Assembly (NCBI GenBank): GCA_042216015.1
Contig: JBDGUI010000027.1
Coordinates: 1 to 22,079, forward strand
Origin: Halodesulfurarchaeum sp.
Lineage (GTDB): Archaea > Halobacteriota > Halobacteria > Halobacteriales > Halobacteriaceae
Length of the DNA stretch: 22,079 nt
Direction: 5' to 3'
Shown in pieces: positions 1 to 8,665 of the stretch (positions are counted from its first letter, which is position 1; each line of letters begins with the position of its first letter). The notes below the pieces were generated by a model, which saw only the letters and a program-made list of their open reading frames with translations, was not told the origin of the DNA and searched no databases. The translations under genes were made by a program, and so were the position numbers.

Positions 1-13
1 TGGTGGACACAGA

Positions 14-409
14 ATGACCGGCTATGCAGTCGTCCTCGCCTCCGAGGAGTTCGAACGAGTACAGGCAGTGAGCATGATCTCGAGCGTCGCTGCCTCCTCT
101 GACGTCCCCGTGGAGGTGTTCGTGACGATGAACGGCCTCAACGCCTTCGAGACCGAAACCGTGGAAAACCGGGACTTCAAGGGGGGTCGCGTCGCAAAAG
201 CGATGCAATCCGCCAAGAACGAGAGCCCGCTTTTCACCGAGCAACTCGAGAAGGCAAAGGCCATCGGCCCCCTCAACGTGTACGCGTGTGAGATGGCGAT
301 GGACGTGCTCGGAAACGACATCGACGACTACGTCGATGTCTTCGACGAAGTCCTCGGCGTTTCCGGGTTCCTGAACCGCGCACAGGACAAACAGATCATC
401 TTCGTATAA
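14..409 (+). CDS. DsrE/DsrF/DrsH-like sulfur relay protein
   Basis: 131-aa acidic ORF with DsrE-like pattern VEVFVTMNGL...LNVYACEMAM (single Cys) and GVSGFL...IIFV C-terminus; GGTGG upstream; directly followed by tusA-like gene. Confidence 0.85.
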   Translation: MTGYAVVLASEEFERVQAVSMISSVAASSDVPVEVFVTMNGLNAFETETVENRDFKGGRVAKAMQSAKNESPLFTEQLEKAKAIGPLNVYACEMAMDVLGNDIDDYVDVFDEVLGVSGFLNRAQDKQIIFV

Positions 410-414
410 CAACA

Positions 415-657
415 ATGAGCGACACAGACATCGAAGCGGACGTAACGGTGGACGCACGCGGATCGGCCTGCCCGGGTCCCCTCATGGACCTGATCGGCAA
501 GATCAAGGACGTCGACGAGGGCACTGTCGTCGAGCTTTTGACCGGCGACGAGGGGTCGAAAAACGACGTCCCCGAGTGGGCCGAGGAGGCCGGTCACGAA
601 CTCCTCGACATCGTGGACGAGGGCGACCACTACGCCATCTACGTCAAGAAGGCCTGA
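415..657 (+). CDS. tusA: TusA/SirA-family sulfurtransferase (sulfur carrier)
   Basis: 80 aa; VDARGSACPGPL (CPxP) motif, D..SKNDVPEWAEEAGHEL, C-terminal YAIYVKK. Confidence 0.93.
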   Translation: MSDTDIEADVTVDARGSACPGPLMDLIGKIKDVDEGTVVELLTGDEGSKNDVPEWAEEAGHELLDIVDEGDHYAIYVKKA

Positions 658-659
658 CA

Positions 660-1805
660 ATGAGCGAACGAATCGTCATCATCGGCGGCGGGGTCGGTGG
701 CACCGTCACTGCCAACCGCCTCGCCGACGAACTGGACCGAGAGGTATCGGCCGACGAGGTGGAGATCACCATCGTCACGGACGACCCGGACCACGTCTAC
801 AAACCAATCTTCCTGTACGTCCCGTTCGGGAAGAAAGAACCCGAAGACGCCCGGCGACCCCTGGCGGACCTCGTCGACCGGCGCATCGACATCGTCTACG
901 ACCGCGTCACGGCGGTCAACGGGGACGCGAAGTCCCTCGACCTCCGCGACGGCGGCTCGATGGACTACGACTACCTGGTCGTCTCGACCGGCGCCATCCC
1001 CGACCCCGAGAACACCCCGGGGCTGGGCGAGGGCGGCAACGGCCACTACTTCTACGACGGCGAGGCCGCCGCCGAACTCCGCGAGGCGCTCGCGAACTTC
1101 GAGGAGGGGCACCTCGTCCTCTCCGTCGTGGGCAGCCCGCACGTCTGCCCGGCCGCGCCCGTCGAGTTCACCATGATGGCCGACTCGTGGCTCCGCAAGC
1201 GCGGACTCCGCGACGACGTCGAGATCACGTACACCTACCCGATCAACCGGCTGCACGGCGTGCGCCCGGTCGCCGAGTGGATGGACCCGCGCTTCGAGGA
1301 GCGGAACATCAACTCGGAGACGTTCTTCAACCCCGAGTCCGTCGACAGCGAGACCAACACCATCGAGACCCTCGAGGGCAACGAACTCGACTACGACCTG
1401 CTGGTCGCCATCCCCGAGTTCCGCCCCGCGTCGTTCATCCAGGAATCCGGCCTGGGCGAGGACTGGATGGAGGTCGACAAGCACACCCTCGAGTCCGACC
1501 ACTTCGACGACATCTTCGGCATCGGGGACGTCACCAACATCCCGACCTCGAAGGCCGGCAGCGTCGCCCACTACGCGTCGGGCGTCGTCGTCGACCGCAT
1601 CGCCGACGCCATCCGGGGGCACACCCCGACGGCCCACTTCGAGGGCGACACCGTCTGCTTCATCGAGGCGGGGATGGACGAGGGCACGCACATCAAATTC
1701 GACTACCAGAACGAACCGGTCGTCCGCGACGAGACCGAGTTTATCCACTGGGCCAAACTCGCCTACAACGAGTCGTACTGGTTGACCGCACGAGGGTTGC
1801 TCTGA
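660..1805 (+). CDS. Sulfide:quinone oxidoreductase-like NAD(P)/FAD-dependent oxidoreductase
   Basis: True start is ATG 660 (MSERIVIIGGGVGG, Rossmann motif); HVYKP, YDYLVVSTGA, CPAAPVE, FGIGDV, SKAGSVAH and TVCFIE motifs typical of SQR/FCSD-family flavoproteins with two active-site Cys. Confidence 0.85.
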   Translation: MSERIVIIGGGVGGTVTANRLADELDREVSADEVEITIVTDDPDHVYKPIFLYVPFGKKEPEDARRPLADLVDRRIDIVYDRVTAVNGDAKSLDLRDGGSMDYDYLVVSTGAIPDPENTPGLGEGGNGHYFYDGEAAAELREALANFEEGHLVLSVVGSPHVCPAAPVEFTMMADSWLRKRGLRDDVEITYTYPINRLHGVRPVAEWMDPRFEERNINSETFFNPESVDSETNTIETLEGNELDYDLLVAIPEFRPASFIQESGLGEDWMEVDKHTLESDHFDDIFGIGDVTNIPTSKAGSVAHYASGVVVDRIADAIRGHTPTAHFEGDTVCFIEAGMDEGTHIKFDYQNEPVVRDETEFIHWAKLAYNESYWLTARGLL

Positions 1806-1815
1806 GGTGTCAAAC

Positions 1816-2472
1816 ATGAACGACGTTTCGGACATCGAAGCGGAGACCTCGTCCATCGAGAACGCGATGGACAAGCTCCTCGAACTCGAACAGAGCGGGA
1901 CACTCGACGACCTCGCCGAGGCGGCGAACGTCATCTCGCTCGCCAAGGAGGCCATGGAGGACGAGATGGTCGTCTCGATGATGCACATGGCCTCTCGGCT
2001 GGCCGAGGCAGGCGACGGACTCGCGACGGACGAGACCGTCCGCATGGCTGACACGATGGGCGCGAATGCGGGCGACCTCGAGACGGCCCTCGAGAAGATG
2101 ATCGTCCTCGAGCAGGACGGCACCCTCGACGACCTCACCGAGGCCGCGAACACCATCTCGCTGGCCTCGGAGGCCCTGGACGACGACATGGTCTCCTCGG
2201 TCGTCGGTGCCGCCGGCCAGGCCGGCGAGTTGCTCGACTCCGCCGCCGGCGAACCGCAGGCGCTGCGCAACCTCGAGGTCCTCATGGCGGCCCTCGGCGA
2301 CGCCGCTGCGGACCCGAGCGAATCCCCGGAACAGGTGGGCATGATCGGTGCCCTGCGCAAGATGGGCGACCCGGACGTCCAGCGGGGCATGGGCTTCATG
2401 CTCCGACTCGCGGGAGCGCTGGGCGAGAACCTCGAAGCGCGCTCCGAGGCCTACGATCAGGCGGAAAACTGA
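1816..2472 (+). CDS. DUF1641-like helical protein with internal duplication
   Basis: GAGGTG RBS at 1804-1809 then ATG 1816; C-terminal VGMIGALRKMGDPDVQRGMGFMLRLAGALG is the DUF1641-type motif; such genes often follow SQR-like genes. Confidence 0.8.
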   Translation: MNDVSDIEAETSSIENAMDKLLELEQSGTLDDLAEAANVISLAKEAMEDEMVVSMMHMASRLAEAGDGLATDETVRMADTMGANAGDLETALEKMIVLEQDGTLDDLTEAANTISLASEALDDDMVSSVVGAAGQAGELLDSAAGEPQALRNLEVLMAALGDAAADPSESPEQVGMIGALRKMGDPDVQRGMGFMLRLAGALGENLEARSEAYDQAEN

Positions 2473-2525
2473 GTGTTTCGGTATTCCGTTCGTTCGGCCG
2501 TTCTCCTGTCTACCAACCGTGTCTC

Positions 2526-2945
2526 TCAGTCCTCGAGTTCCGTCGTCCGGTCCTCGAGATCCCCGCCGTAAATCGCCGCGCCGTCCTGAACGACTTTCTC
2601 CGCGAGGACCGCACACTTGATTCGCATCGGACTGATCTCCCCACCGAGCAGTTCGATCACGTCATCCCGTTCGAGATCCTGGACCTCCTCGAGAGTCATT
2701 CCCGGCAGTTTCTCGCTCAGCAGGCTCGCCGAGGCCTGGCTGATCGCACAGCCCTCCCCGCGGAAGGCGACCGACTCGACGGTCTCGCCGTCCTCGGCGA
2801 GTTCGACGTCGAACTCGAGTTCGTCCCCGCAGGAGGGGTTGTGGCCCCGGTGGCTGAACGTCGGGTCCGCGATTTCGCCGTAGTTCCGGGGGTTCTTGTA
2901 GTGATCGAGGATCCGCTGGCGGTACATGTCCGAGCCCATGCTCAT
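2526..2945 (-). CDS. sufU: SufU/IscU-family Fe-S scaffold / sulfur acceptor
   Basis: MSMGSDMYRQRILDHYKNPRN start; NPSCGD, GCAISQASAS and RIKCA motifs (three Cys). Confidence 0.93.
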   Translation of the reverse strand: MSMGSDMYRQRILDHYKNPRNYGEIADPTFSHRGHNPSCGDELEFDVELAEDGETVESVAFRGEGCAISQASASLLSEKLPGMTLEEVQDLERDDVIELLGGEISPMRIKCAVLAEKVVQDGAAIYGGDLEDRTTELED

Positions 2946-3027
2946 GGGCCAGCTACGCGAGCGGAGGTACAAGGATCCTGCGGGTGGGCCAAACGCGTCG
3001 AGCAGAGCCTGGCCGACGCCTGCCCCG

Positions 3028-4275
3028 TCAGGCGAAGAGGTCCCGGGCGTCATCGAGCCCCGAGAGCAACGCGTCGACCTCGGCGGTCGTGTTGTAGACG
3101 TAAAAGGAGGCGCGGGCGGTGGCCGAAACGCCGAGGGCGTCGTGCAGCGGCTGGGTGCAGTGGTCGCCGGCCCGGACCGCCACGCCGGACTCGTTCAGGA
3201 TCGAGGAGAGGTCGTGTGGGTGAACACCGTCGAGCGTGAACGAGAGGAGCGAGCCCCGTTCTTCACCCAGCGGGGGGCCGTACACGGTCACGTCCTCGCG
3301 CTCTGCGAGGCGCTCGTGGGCGTACTGGGTCACCCACGCCTCGTGGGCCTGGACCGCCTCCATCCCGAGGTGAGCGAGGTAGTCCGCGGCCGCTGCGAGT
3401 CCGACCCCCTCCGCGATGGGGGGCGTGCCGGCCTCGAACTTCCACGGCACTTCGGCCCAGGTCGCCCCCTCGAGGGTGACCCGCTCGATCATCCCGCCGC
3501 CGAACTGGAAGGGGTCCATTTCCTCGAGGAGGTCAGCCCGCCCGTAGAGCACGCCGATCCCGGTCGGCCCGGCCATCTTGTGCCCCGAGAACGCGTAGAA
3601 GTCCACGTCGAGGGATTTCACGTCGACCGGCCGGTTCGGCACGGCCTGGGCGCCGTCGCCCAGCACGAGGGCGTCGTGCTCGTGGGCCAGCTCGACGACC
3701 TCACCGAGCGGGTTGACCGTCCCGAGCGTGTTCGAGACGTGTGGCACGCTGACGAGTTCGACGTCGTCGTCGATCAGGTCGGCGGCCGCCTCGAGGTCGA
3801 GACGACCGTGGCCGTCGATGGGAATGTGGCGGACCTCGGCGCCGGTCCGGTCGGCGACCTGGGTGAACGGGACGAGGGAGGCGTGGTGGTCCATCTCCGT
3901 CAGGACGACCGCCGAGCCCGGATCGAGATGGTCGCGGCCCCAGGCCTGGGCGACCGTGTTCATCGCCTCGGTCGTGTTCTTCGTGAAGACGATCTCCTTG
4001 CGGCCCTCGGCACCGACGAAGCGTCCGACCCGGTCGTGGGCCTCCTCGTACTCGATCGAGGCCTCCATCGAGAGCTGATGGATGCCGCGGTGGACGTTGG
4101 CGTTGTACTCGCGGTAGTACCCGTTCATCGCCTCGATGATCGGTTCGGGGGTCTGGGTCGTCGCGGCGTTGTCGAGATAGACGAGCGGCGTGTCGTCGTC
4201 GACCGTCCGCGAGAGGATCGGGAAGTCCCCGCGGACGGCCTCGACGTCGAGAGGTTCTGGCTCCGTGGCCGTCAT
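3028..4275 (-). CDS. sufS: Cysteine desulfurase, SufS (group II)
   Basis: YLDNAATTQ, NANVHRGIH, FSGHKMAGPTG (PLP Lys), FEAGTP, RAGDHCTQP catalytic Cys; start taken at ATG 4275. Confidence 0.95.
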   Translation of the reverse strand: MTATEPEPLDVEAVRGDFPILSRTVDDDTPLVYLDNAATTQTPEPIIEAMNGYYREYNANVHRGIHQLSMEASIEYEEAHDRVGRFVGAEGRKEIVFTKNTTEAMNTVAQAWGRDHLDPGSAVVLTEMDHHASLVPFTQVADRTGAEVRHIPIDGHGRLDLEAAADLIDDDVELVSVPHVSNTLGTVNPLGEVVELAHEHDALVLGDGAQAVPNRPVDVKSLDVDFYAFSGHKMAGPTGIGVLYGRADLLEEMDPFQFGGGMIERVTLEGATWAEVPWKFEAGTPPIAEGVGLAAAADYLAHLGMEAVQAHEAWVTQYAHERLAEREDVTVYGPPLGEERGSLLSFTLDGVHPHDLSSILNESGVAVRAGDHCTQPLHDALGVSATARASFYVYNTTAEVDALLSGLDDARDLFA

Positions 4276-4410
4276 TGCCCACCGTTTGGAGGTGGGGGCC
4301 CAAGTGTCGTTCGGTAGGCTCACTTGGGGCCGACGTCATTCTGACCGAATCCACGGATCACAATACTTTACCACGCGACCGGCGAAGTCCGCCCAAGAAG
4401 CCCCGTCGCC

Positions 4411-5286
4411 ATGAACGAGTCAGATTCGCTGCCGGAACAGGACGTGCTCGGATCGGACTGGGACCACCTCATTGTCCTCGATGCGGCCCGCTACGACGTC
4501 TTCGCGGACGTCTACGGGGAGTACCTCGACGGCGAATTGACGAAGGTCAGAAGCCCCGGCTCGGCGACCCCGGAGTGGGCGAACCGCACCTTCACCGGCG
4601 AGCACGAGCTGACCTACCTCTCGGCGAACCCCTTCATCAACAGCCTCGGAATCCCGCTCAACGAACTCAAGTGGGGGGCCTCCTCGGGTTACGAGTGGAC
4701 CGCGACCGAGCACATCGACACCATCGTCGACCTCTGGCAGGACGAGTGGGACGAGGACCTCGGCGCGGTCACCCCGCAGGCTGTCACCGAGGCCGCCCGC
4801 AAGCAGCTCGAGACGGGCTACGACGGCCGGCTGGTCGTTCACTATCTCCAGCCCCACGCGCCCTTCATTCAGGAGGGGACCGGCCGCAAGATGAAGCGCA
4901 TCAAGGCCGGATTCGACGACGTGCCCGCGGCCGGGAACGCCCCCGATGACTCGGCCGATTCCCTTGGCGGGCGGCTCCGACGCTGGATCGAGCCCAAACT
5001 GGGCAACAGCGAACTCGCACAGCGACTGGGCATGCTCGTGGAACTCGACGCCGGCAGCGCCACCGACATCCTCACCGGGGGCATCGAGGACACACTTCGG
5101 GGGTACTACGAGGGCAACCTCCGGCTGGCACTCGCGGAGACGGCCGAGCTGGTCGAGGAGCTCGACGGGGAGGTCGTCGTGACCGCCGATCACGGGGAGG
5201 CCTTCGGTGAGCAGGGGGTGTGGGAGCATCACATCGAGACGTACATCCCCGCGCTGGTCGAGGTCCCCTGGCTCGAGGTCAGATGA
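4411..5286 (+). CDS. Alkaline phosphatase/sulfatase superfamily protein
   Basis: LIVLDAARYD, SPGSATPEW, HYLQPHAPF, VTADHGE, WEH metal-binding motifs; acidic 291 aa. Confidence 0.8.
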   Translation: MNESDSLPEQDVLGSDWDHLIVLDAARYDVFADVYGEYLDGELTKVRSPGSATPEWANRTFTGEHELTYLSANPFINSLGIPLNELKWGASSGYEWTATEHIDTIVDLWQDEWDEDLGAVTPQAVTEAARKQLETGYDGRLVVHYLQPHAPFIQEGTGRKMKRIKAGFDDVPAAGNAPDDSADSLGGRLRRWIEPKLGNSELAQRLGMLVELDAGSATDILTGGIEDTLRGYYEGNLRLALAETAELVEELDGEVVVTADHGEAFGEQGVWEHHIETYIPALVEVPWLEVR

Positions 5287-5451
5287 TCAGCGCCGACCCG
5301 AAGTGAAAATGTCCCCGGCACAGGATTCCAAAGAGGCGATTCCCGACCGATGGAGCGGTAACAGGGGGCGACCGACCTCGACCGAGCGCGTGGAACCGCC
5401 GGAGTGGGATCGGACACGAGAGACACCTCAGCCAGCGGGGGACGGGTGGCC

Positions 5452-6471
5452 ATGAACAGACAGCAGATCGCGGTGCTGGGATTTCTCGGCTCGGTCGCCG
5501 TGATGGGGCTGTTGCTCTCCTCCGTCGGGATCGAGCGAATCGGGAGGGCACTCGCTGCGGGCAGTCCCGAACTGTTCGCGATGGTCGGGCTCTTCGGCCT
5601 CGGCCAGATCACCGCGTGGGGGCTCTCGCTCTGGGCGGTGCTCGGCTCGCTCGACGTCCCGGTTTCCCGCCGGAAGGGGATCGCCCTGTACAGCTCGGCC
5701 ATGTTCGCGAACAACATCACCCCCTTCGGCCAGGCCGGTGGCGAACCGGTCACGGCCTACGTGATCAACCGGGTCACCGACACCCGCTTCGAGACCGGTC
5801 TCGCCGCCATCGCGACGGTCGATGCGGCCCACGTCTTCACCTCCGGGGGAATCGCCGTCTCTGGAGCCCTGTTGACGGTGACGGTCTTCTCGCCGAACCG
5901 GAAGTTGACCATGGTCGTACTCGGGGTACTCGGACTTGCCCTCCTCGGGGCGGTGGCGGCCGCCCTCGTCCTCAGATACCGCCGGTCGATCGGCCGGCGC
6001 CTCGAGGTTCGGGTCTCGGATGCCGTCGACCGGCTCAGGGCCTCGTTTCCGAACCGCCTCGACGAACTGCTCCAGACGGCCCGAACACGCTTTTTCGCCT
6101 TCAGGGAGGACCTCGGTCGGATCGCCGGCTCCCGAACGACGCTCGCCCAGGTGCTCACCTACTCGAGTGCCGGCTGGCTCTTCGAGGTCGGGGCCCTGTC
6201 GGTCGCGCTGTGGGGACTGGGCGGGCCGGTCCCGGTGGCGACGCTGCTGGTCGTCATCCCGGTCGGAAAACTCGCCGGGTTCGTCCCACTCCCCGGCGGA
6301 TTCGGCAGCATCGAGGCGACGATCGTGGCCCTCCTCGTGGCGACCACCCCTGCCGGAAGTGGCGTGGCGACGGCGGCGGTGTTGCTCCACCGGGCAGCGA
6401 CCTACTGGCTCCCAACGATTCTCGGTGGAAGCGTGTCGCTGGGGCTGGGTTTCTCGACCCGCTGGGGCTGA
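5452..6471 (+). CDS. Lysylphosphatidylglycerol synthase TM-domain / UPF0104 flippase-like membrane protein
   Basis: Multiple hydrophobic helices; FANNITPFGQAGGEP, PLPGGFGSIE and LLHRAATYWLP motifs; start at ATG 5452. Confidence 0.85.
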   Translation: MNRQQIAVLGFLGSVAVMGLLLSSVGIERIGRALAAGSPELFAMVGLFGLGQITAWGLSLWAVLGSLDVPVSRRKGIALYSSAMFANNITPFGQAGGEPVTAYVINRVTDTRFETGLAAIATVDAAHVFTSGGIAVSGALLTVTVFSPNRKLTMVVLGVLGLALLGAVAAALVLRYRRSIGRRLEVRVSDAVDRLRASFPNRLDELLQTARTRFFAFREDLGRIAGSRTTLAQVLTYSSAGWLFEVGALSVALWGLGGPVPVATLLVVIPVGKLAGFVPLPGGFGSIEATIVALLVATTPAGSGVATAAVLLHRAATYWLPTILGGSVSLGLGFSTRWG

Positions 6472-6482
6472 TTTTCGCCCCG

Positions 6483-6773
6483 TTACAGCCGAAGGTACTG
6501 GGCGTGGAGAGTCTGCTCGACCTCGAGCACGTTCCCCTCCTCGACGAAGCCCTCCTCGATGGCGAGTTCGACCGTCTCGGTCCCCACGAGGTTGGCGATG
6601 CTCGCCCGGGAGAGCGCCTCGATCACGGCCTCGGTCTCGACCCGATCGCCGCCGTAGAAGTCCTCGGTGACCGAGAGCGTGATCGAACCCTCCTCGAAGG
6701 TCTCGCCCAGCACGTCCGGATCACAGACCGTGATCAAAAGGCCGCGGTCGGTGTGACGCTCCGTGAGGATCAT
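6483..6773 (-). CDS. DUF424 family protein
   Basis: MILTERHTDRGLLITVCDPDVLGETF...FYGG...IANLVG pattern; ATGA overlap with upstream TPR gene. Confidence 0.85.
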   Translation of the reverse strand: MILTERHTDRGLLITVCDPDVLGETFEEGSITLSVTEDFYGGDRVETEAVIEALSRASIANLVGTETVELAIEEGFVEEGNVLEVEQTLHAQYLRL

Positions 6774-7525
6774 TCGCCCTGAACGAGGCGTTCCTCCTCT
6801 TTTTCCTGCATTTCGGTCGCGGTCTCGCGCATCTCGGCGGCCTCCTCGTCGCGATCGAGGCCCTCGAGAGCGCGGGCCTTCTCCTCGTAGACCGAGGATT
6901 CCTGGAAGCCCAGCCGGATCGCGTTGTCCAGCGCGTCGAGGGCGTCCTCGTACTGGCCCCGCTCGACCTGGATGAAGCCGAGGTTGTACCAGGCCTGGGG
7001 CAGGCGCTGGTCGGCCCGGACGGCGTCCTCGGCGTGCTGGAACGCCGCCTCGTCCTCGCCGCGCTCCCAGAGCGCGTAGGCGAGGTTCGTGTGAGCGAGG
7101 GCGGCGAATTCGCCGCCCTCCTCGACGTGGAGAGCCTCGCGGTGTGAGGAGATGGCGGCGTCCCACTCCTCGAGTTCGCCGTGGGCGATACCCTTGTTGA
7201 CCCACGCCTCGGCCTCGACGGTCTCGCTGTCGGCGTAGCGGGCGGCCCGCTCGAAGGTCTCGACGGCCTGTTCGTCCCGGTTGATCGACAGGTACTCGAT
7301 GCCCACGTCGATGAGCGAATCGACGTCGACCTCGTCCCCGGCGATGTTGCGGTCGTCGAGGAGGTCGGTCACGGCCCGTGAGTCCACCGGGTCGACGGCC
7401 GAGGGGTCCTCCACGTCGAGTTCCGGTGGGTCGAGGTCGAACCCCTCGTAGGGCTCGTCGAACCCCTGGCCCGAGGAGAACTCGTGGGCCCGCTCCTCGC
7501 GGTCGTCCTCGCGGTCTTCGGTCAT
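6770..7525 (-). CDS. Tetratricopeptide repeat protein
   Basis: TPR motifs AEAWVNKGIAH, ALAHTNLAYAL, PQAWYNLGFIQ, VYEEKARAL; acidic N-terminus; start ATG 7525. Confidence 0.88.
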   Translation of the reverse strand: MTEDREDDREERAHEFSSGQGFDEPYEGFDLDPPELDVEDPSAVDPVDSRAVTDLLDDRNIAGDEVDVDSLIDVGIEYLSINRDEQAVETFERAARYADSETVEAEAWVNKGIAHGELEEWDAAISSHREALHVEEGGEFAALAHTNLAYALWERGEDEAAFQHAEDAVRADQRLPQAWYNLGFIQVERGQYEDALDALDNAIRLGFQESSVYEEKARALEGLDRDEEAAEMRETATEMQEKEEERLVQGE

Positions 7526-7550
7526 GATCGCGGCTATGAGAGACGGAGGG

Positions 7551-7555
7551 TTAAG
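7551..7555. promoter_or_regulatory. Putative TATA-like core (TTAA) shared by divergent TPR and thpR genes
   Basis: TTAA at 7551-7554 lies exactly 25 nt from both start codons (7525 on -, 7580 on +), the spacing expected for leaderless haloarchaeal transcripts. Confidence 0.55.
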
Positions 7556-7579
7556 AACACCGGCCCGCGAACGGCCCGT

Positions 7580-8134
7580 ATGCGGCTGTTCGTCAGCGTC
7601 GACCTGCCCGACCGGCTCGCAGCGCCGATCGCCGACCTCCAGGCGAAATTCGAGCCTGCCTCGGGGCTCTCCTTCACCGACCCCGAACAGGCCCATCTCA
7701 CCCTGAAATTCCTCGGGGAGACCGATCCCGACCGGATCGATGACATCGAAGCCGCGCTCGAGTCGGCGGTCGCCGATGCTGACGTGGACCCGTTCGAGGC
7801 CACCTTCGAGGGACTGGGCGTGTTTCCCTCGATGGAGTACGTAAGCGTCGTCTGGCTGGGGGTCGGCCAGGGGGCAGCCGCCTTCGAGCGACTCCAGACG
7901 TCAATCGAGGAGCGGCTCGTGAACCGCGGGTTCGACCCCGAGGAGCACGACTTCACCCCCCACGTGACCCTCGCCCGGATGAACCACGCCGGGGGCAAGG
8001 AACTCGTTCAGGAACTCGTTCGAACGGAGGATCCCACCGTGGGGACGATGACCGTCGAGGAGGTTCGGTTGACCGAGAGCGACCTGACCGCCGACGGGCC
8101 GGTCTACGAGACGATTCACCGTGCCCGGCTGTGA
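7580..8134 (+). CDS. thpR: RNA 2',3'-cyclic phosphodiesterase (2H family)
   Basis: MRLFVSVDLP start; two HxT motifs HLTLKFLG and FTPHVTLAR; YETI C-terminus. Confidence 0.92.
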   Translation: MRLFVSVDLPDRLAAPIADLQAKFEPASGLSFTDPEQAHLTLKFLGETDPDRIDDIEAALESAVADADVDPFEATFEGLGVFPSMEYVSVVWLGVGQGAAAFERLQTSIEERLVNRGFDPEEHDFTPHVTLARMNHAGGKELVQELVRTEDPTVGTMTVEEVRLTESDLTADGPVYETIHRARL

Positions 8135-8191
8135 AGTGCTCCACGGGGCCCAGCTGTGCCCGACGGCGAAGGGCCAAGCGAAACGGACAAC

Positions 8192-8200
8192 GTTTTAAAG
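8192..8200 (+). promoter_or_regulatory. TATA box of rpl39e operon
   Basis: GTTTTAAAG ending about 25 nt before ATG 8226. Confidence 0.65.
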
Positions 8201-8225
8201 CGTACGGCCAGTATCTCAGGCCACT

Positions 8226-8378
8226 ATGAGCAAGAAGACGAAGGCCAAGAAAAAGCGGCTGGCGAAACTCGAGCGCCAGAACAGCCGCGTCCCGGCCTGG
8301 GTCATCATGAAGACCGATCAGGAAACCCAGCGAAATCCAAAGCGCCGTCACTGGCGGCGAAGCGACACGGACGAGTAA
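8226..8378 (+). CDS. rpl39e: 50S ribosomal protein L39e
   Basis: Hand-translated (not in ORF track): [50 protein letters not shown], 50 aa. Confidence 0.97.
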   Translation: MSKKTKAKKKRLAKLERQNSRVPAWVIMKTDQETQRNPKRRHWRRSDTDE

Positions 8379-8381
8379 TCC

Positions 8382-8663
8382 ATGAGCGCAAGCGACTTCG
8401 AGGAACGCATCGTCACAGTCCCGCTTCGGAAGGTCAAGGCGTCGTCGAAATCGTCCAGGGGGAACAAGGCCATGTCCATCGTGCGAGAACACCTGGCCAC
8501 CCAGTTCGGCGTCAGCGAGGACGCCGTCCGGCTCGATCCCTCCATCAACGAGGCCGTCTGGGAGCGGGGCCGGGCCAATCCGCCGAGTAAGGTCCGCGTG
8601 CGGGCAGCCAGGTTCGAGGAAGAAGGGGCCGCGGTCGTCGAGGCCGAACACGCCGAGTCCTGA
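8382..8663 (+). CDS. rpl31e: 50S ribosomal protein L31e
   Basis: ERIVTVPLR...RLDPSINEAVWERGRANPPSKVRVRA; follows rpl39e. Confidence 0.97.
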   Translation: MSASDFEERIVTVPLRKVKASSKSSRGNKAMSIVREHLATQFGVSEDAVRLDPSINEAVWERGRANPPSKVRVRAARFEEEGAAVVEAEHAES

Positions 8664-8665
8664 GA

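Noticed and set aside
576..659. N-terminal extensions given by the ORF track (e.g. 576, 4323, 7484, 9120, 16705, 18943)
   Set aside because: They overlap neighbouring genes or repeats and are basic or low-complexity; family-typical starts lie downstream
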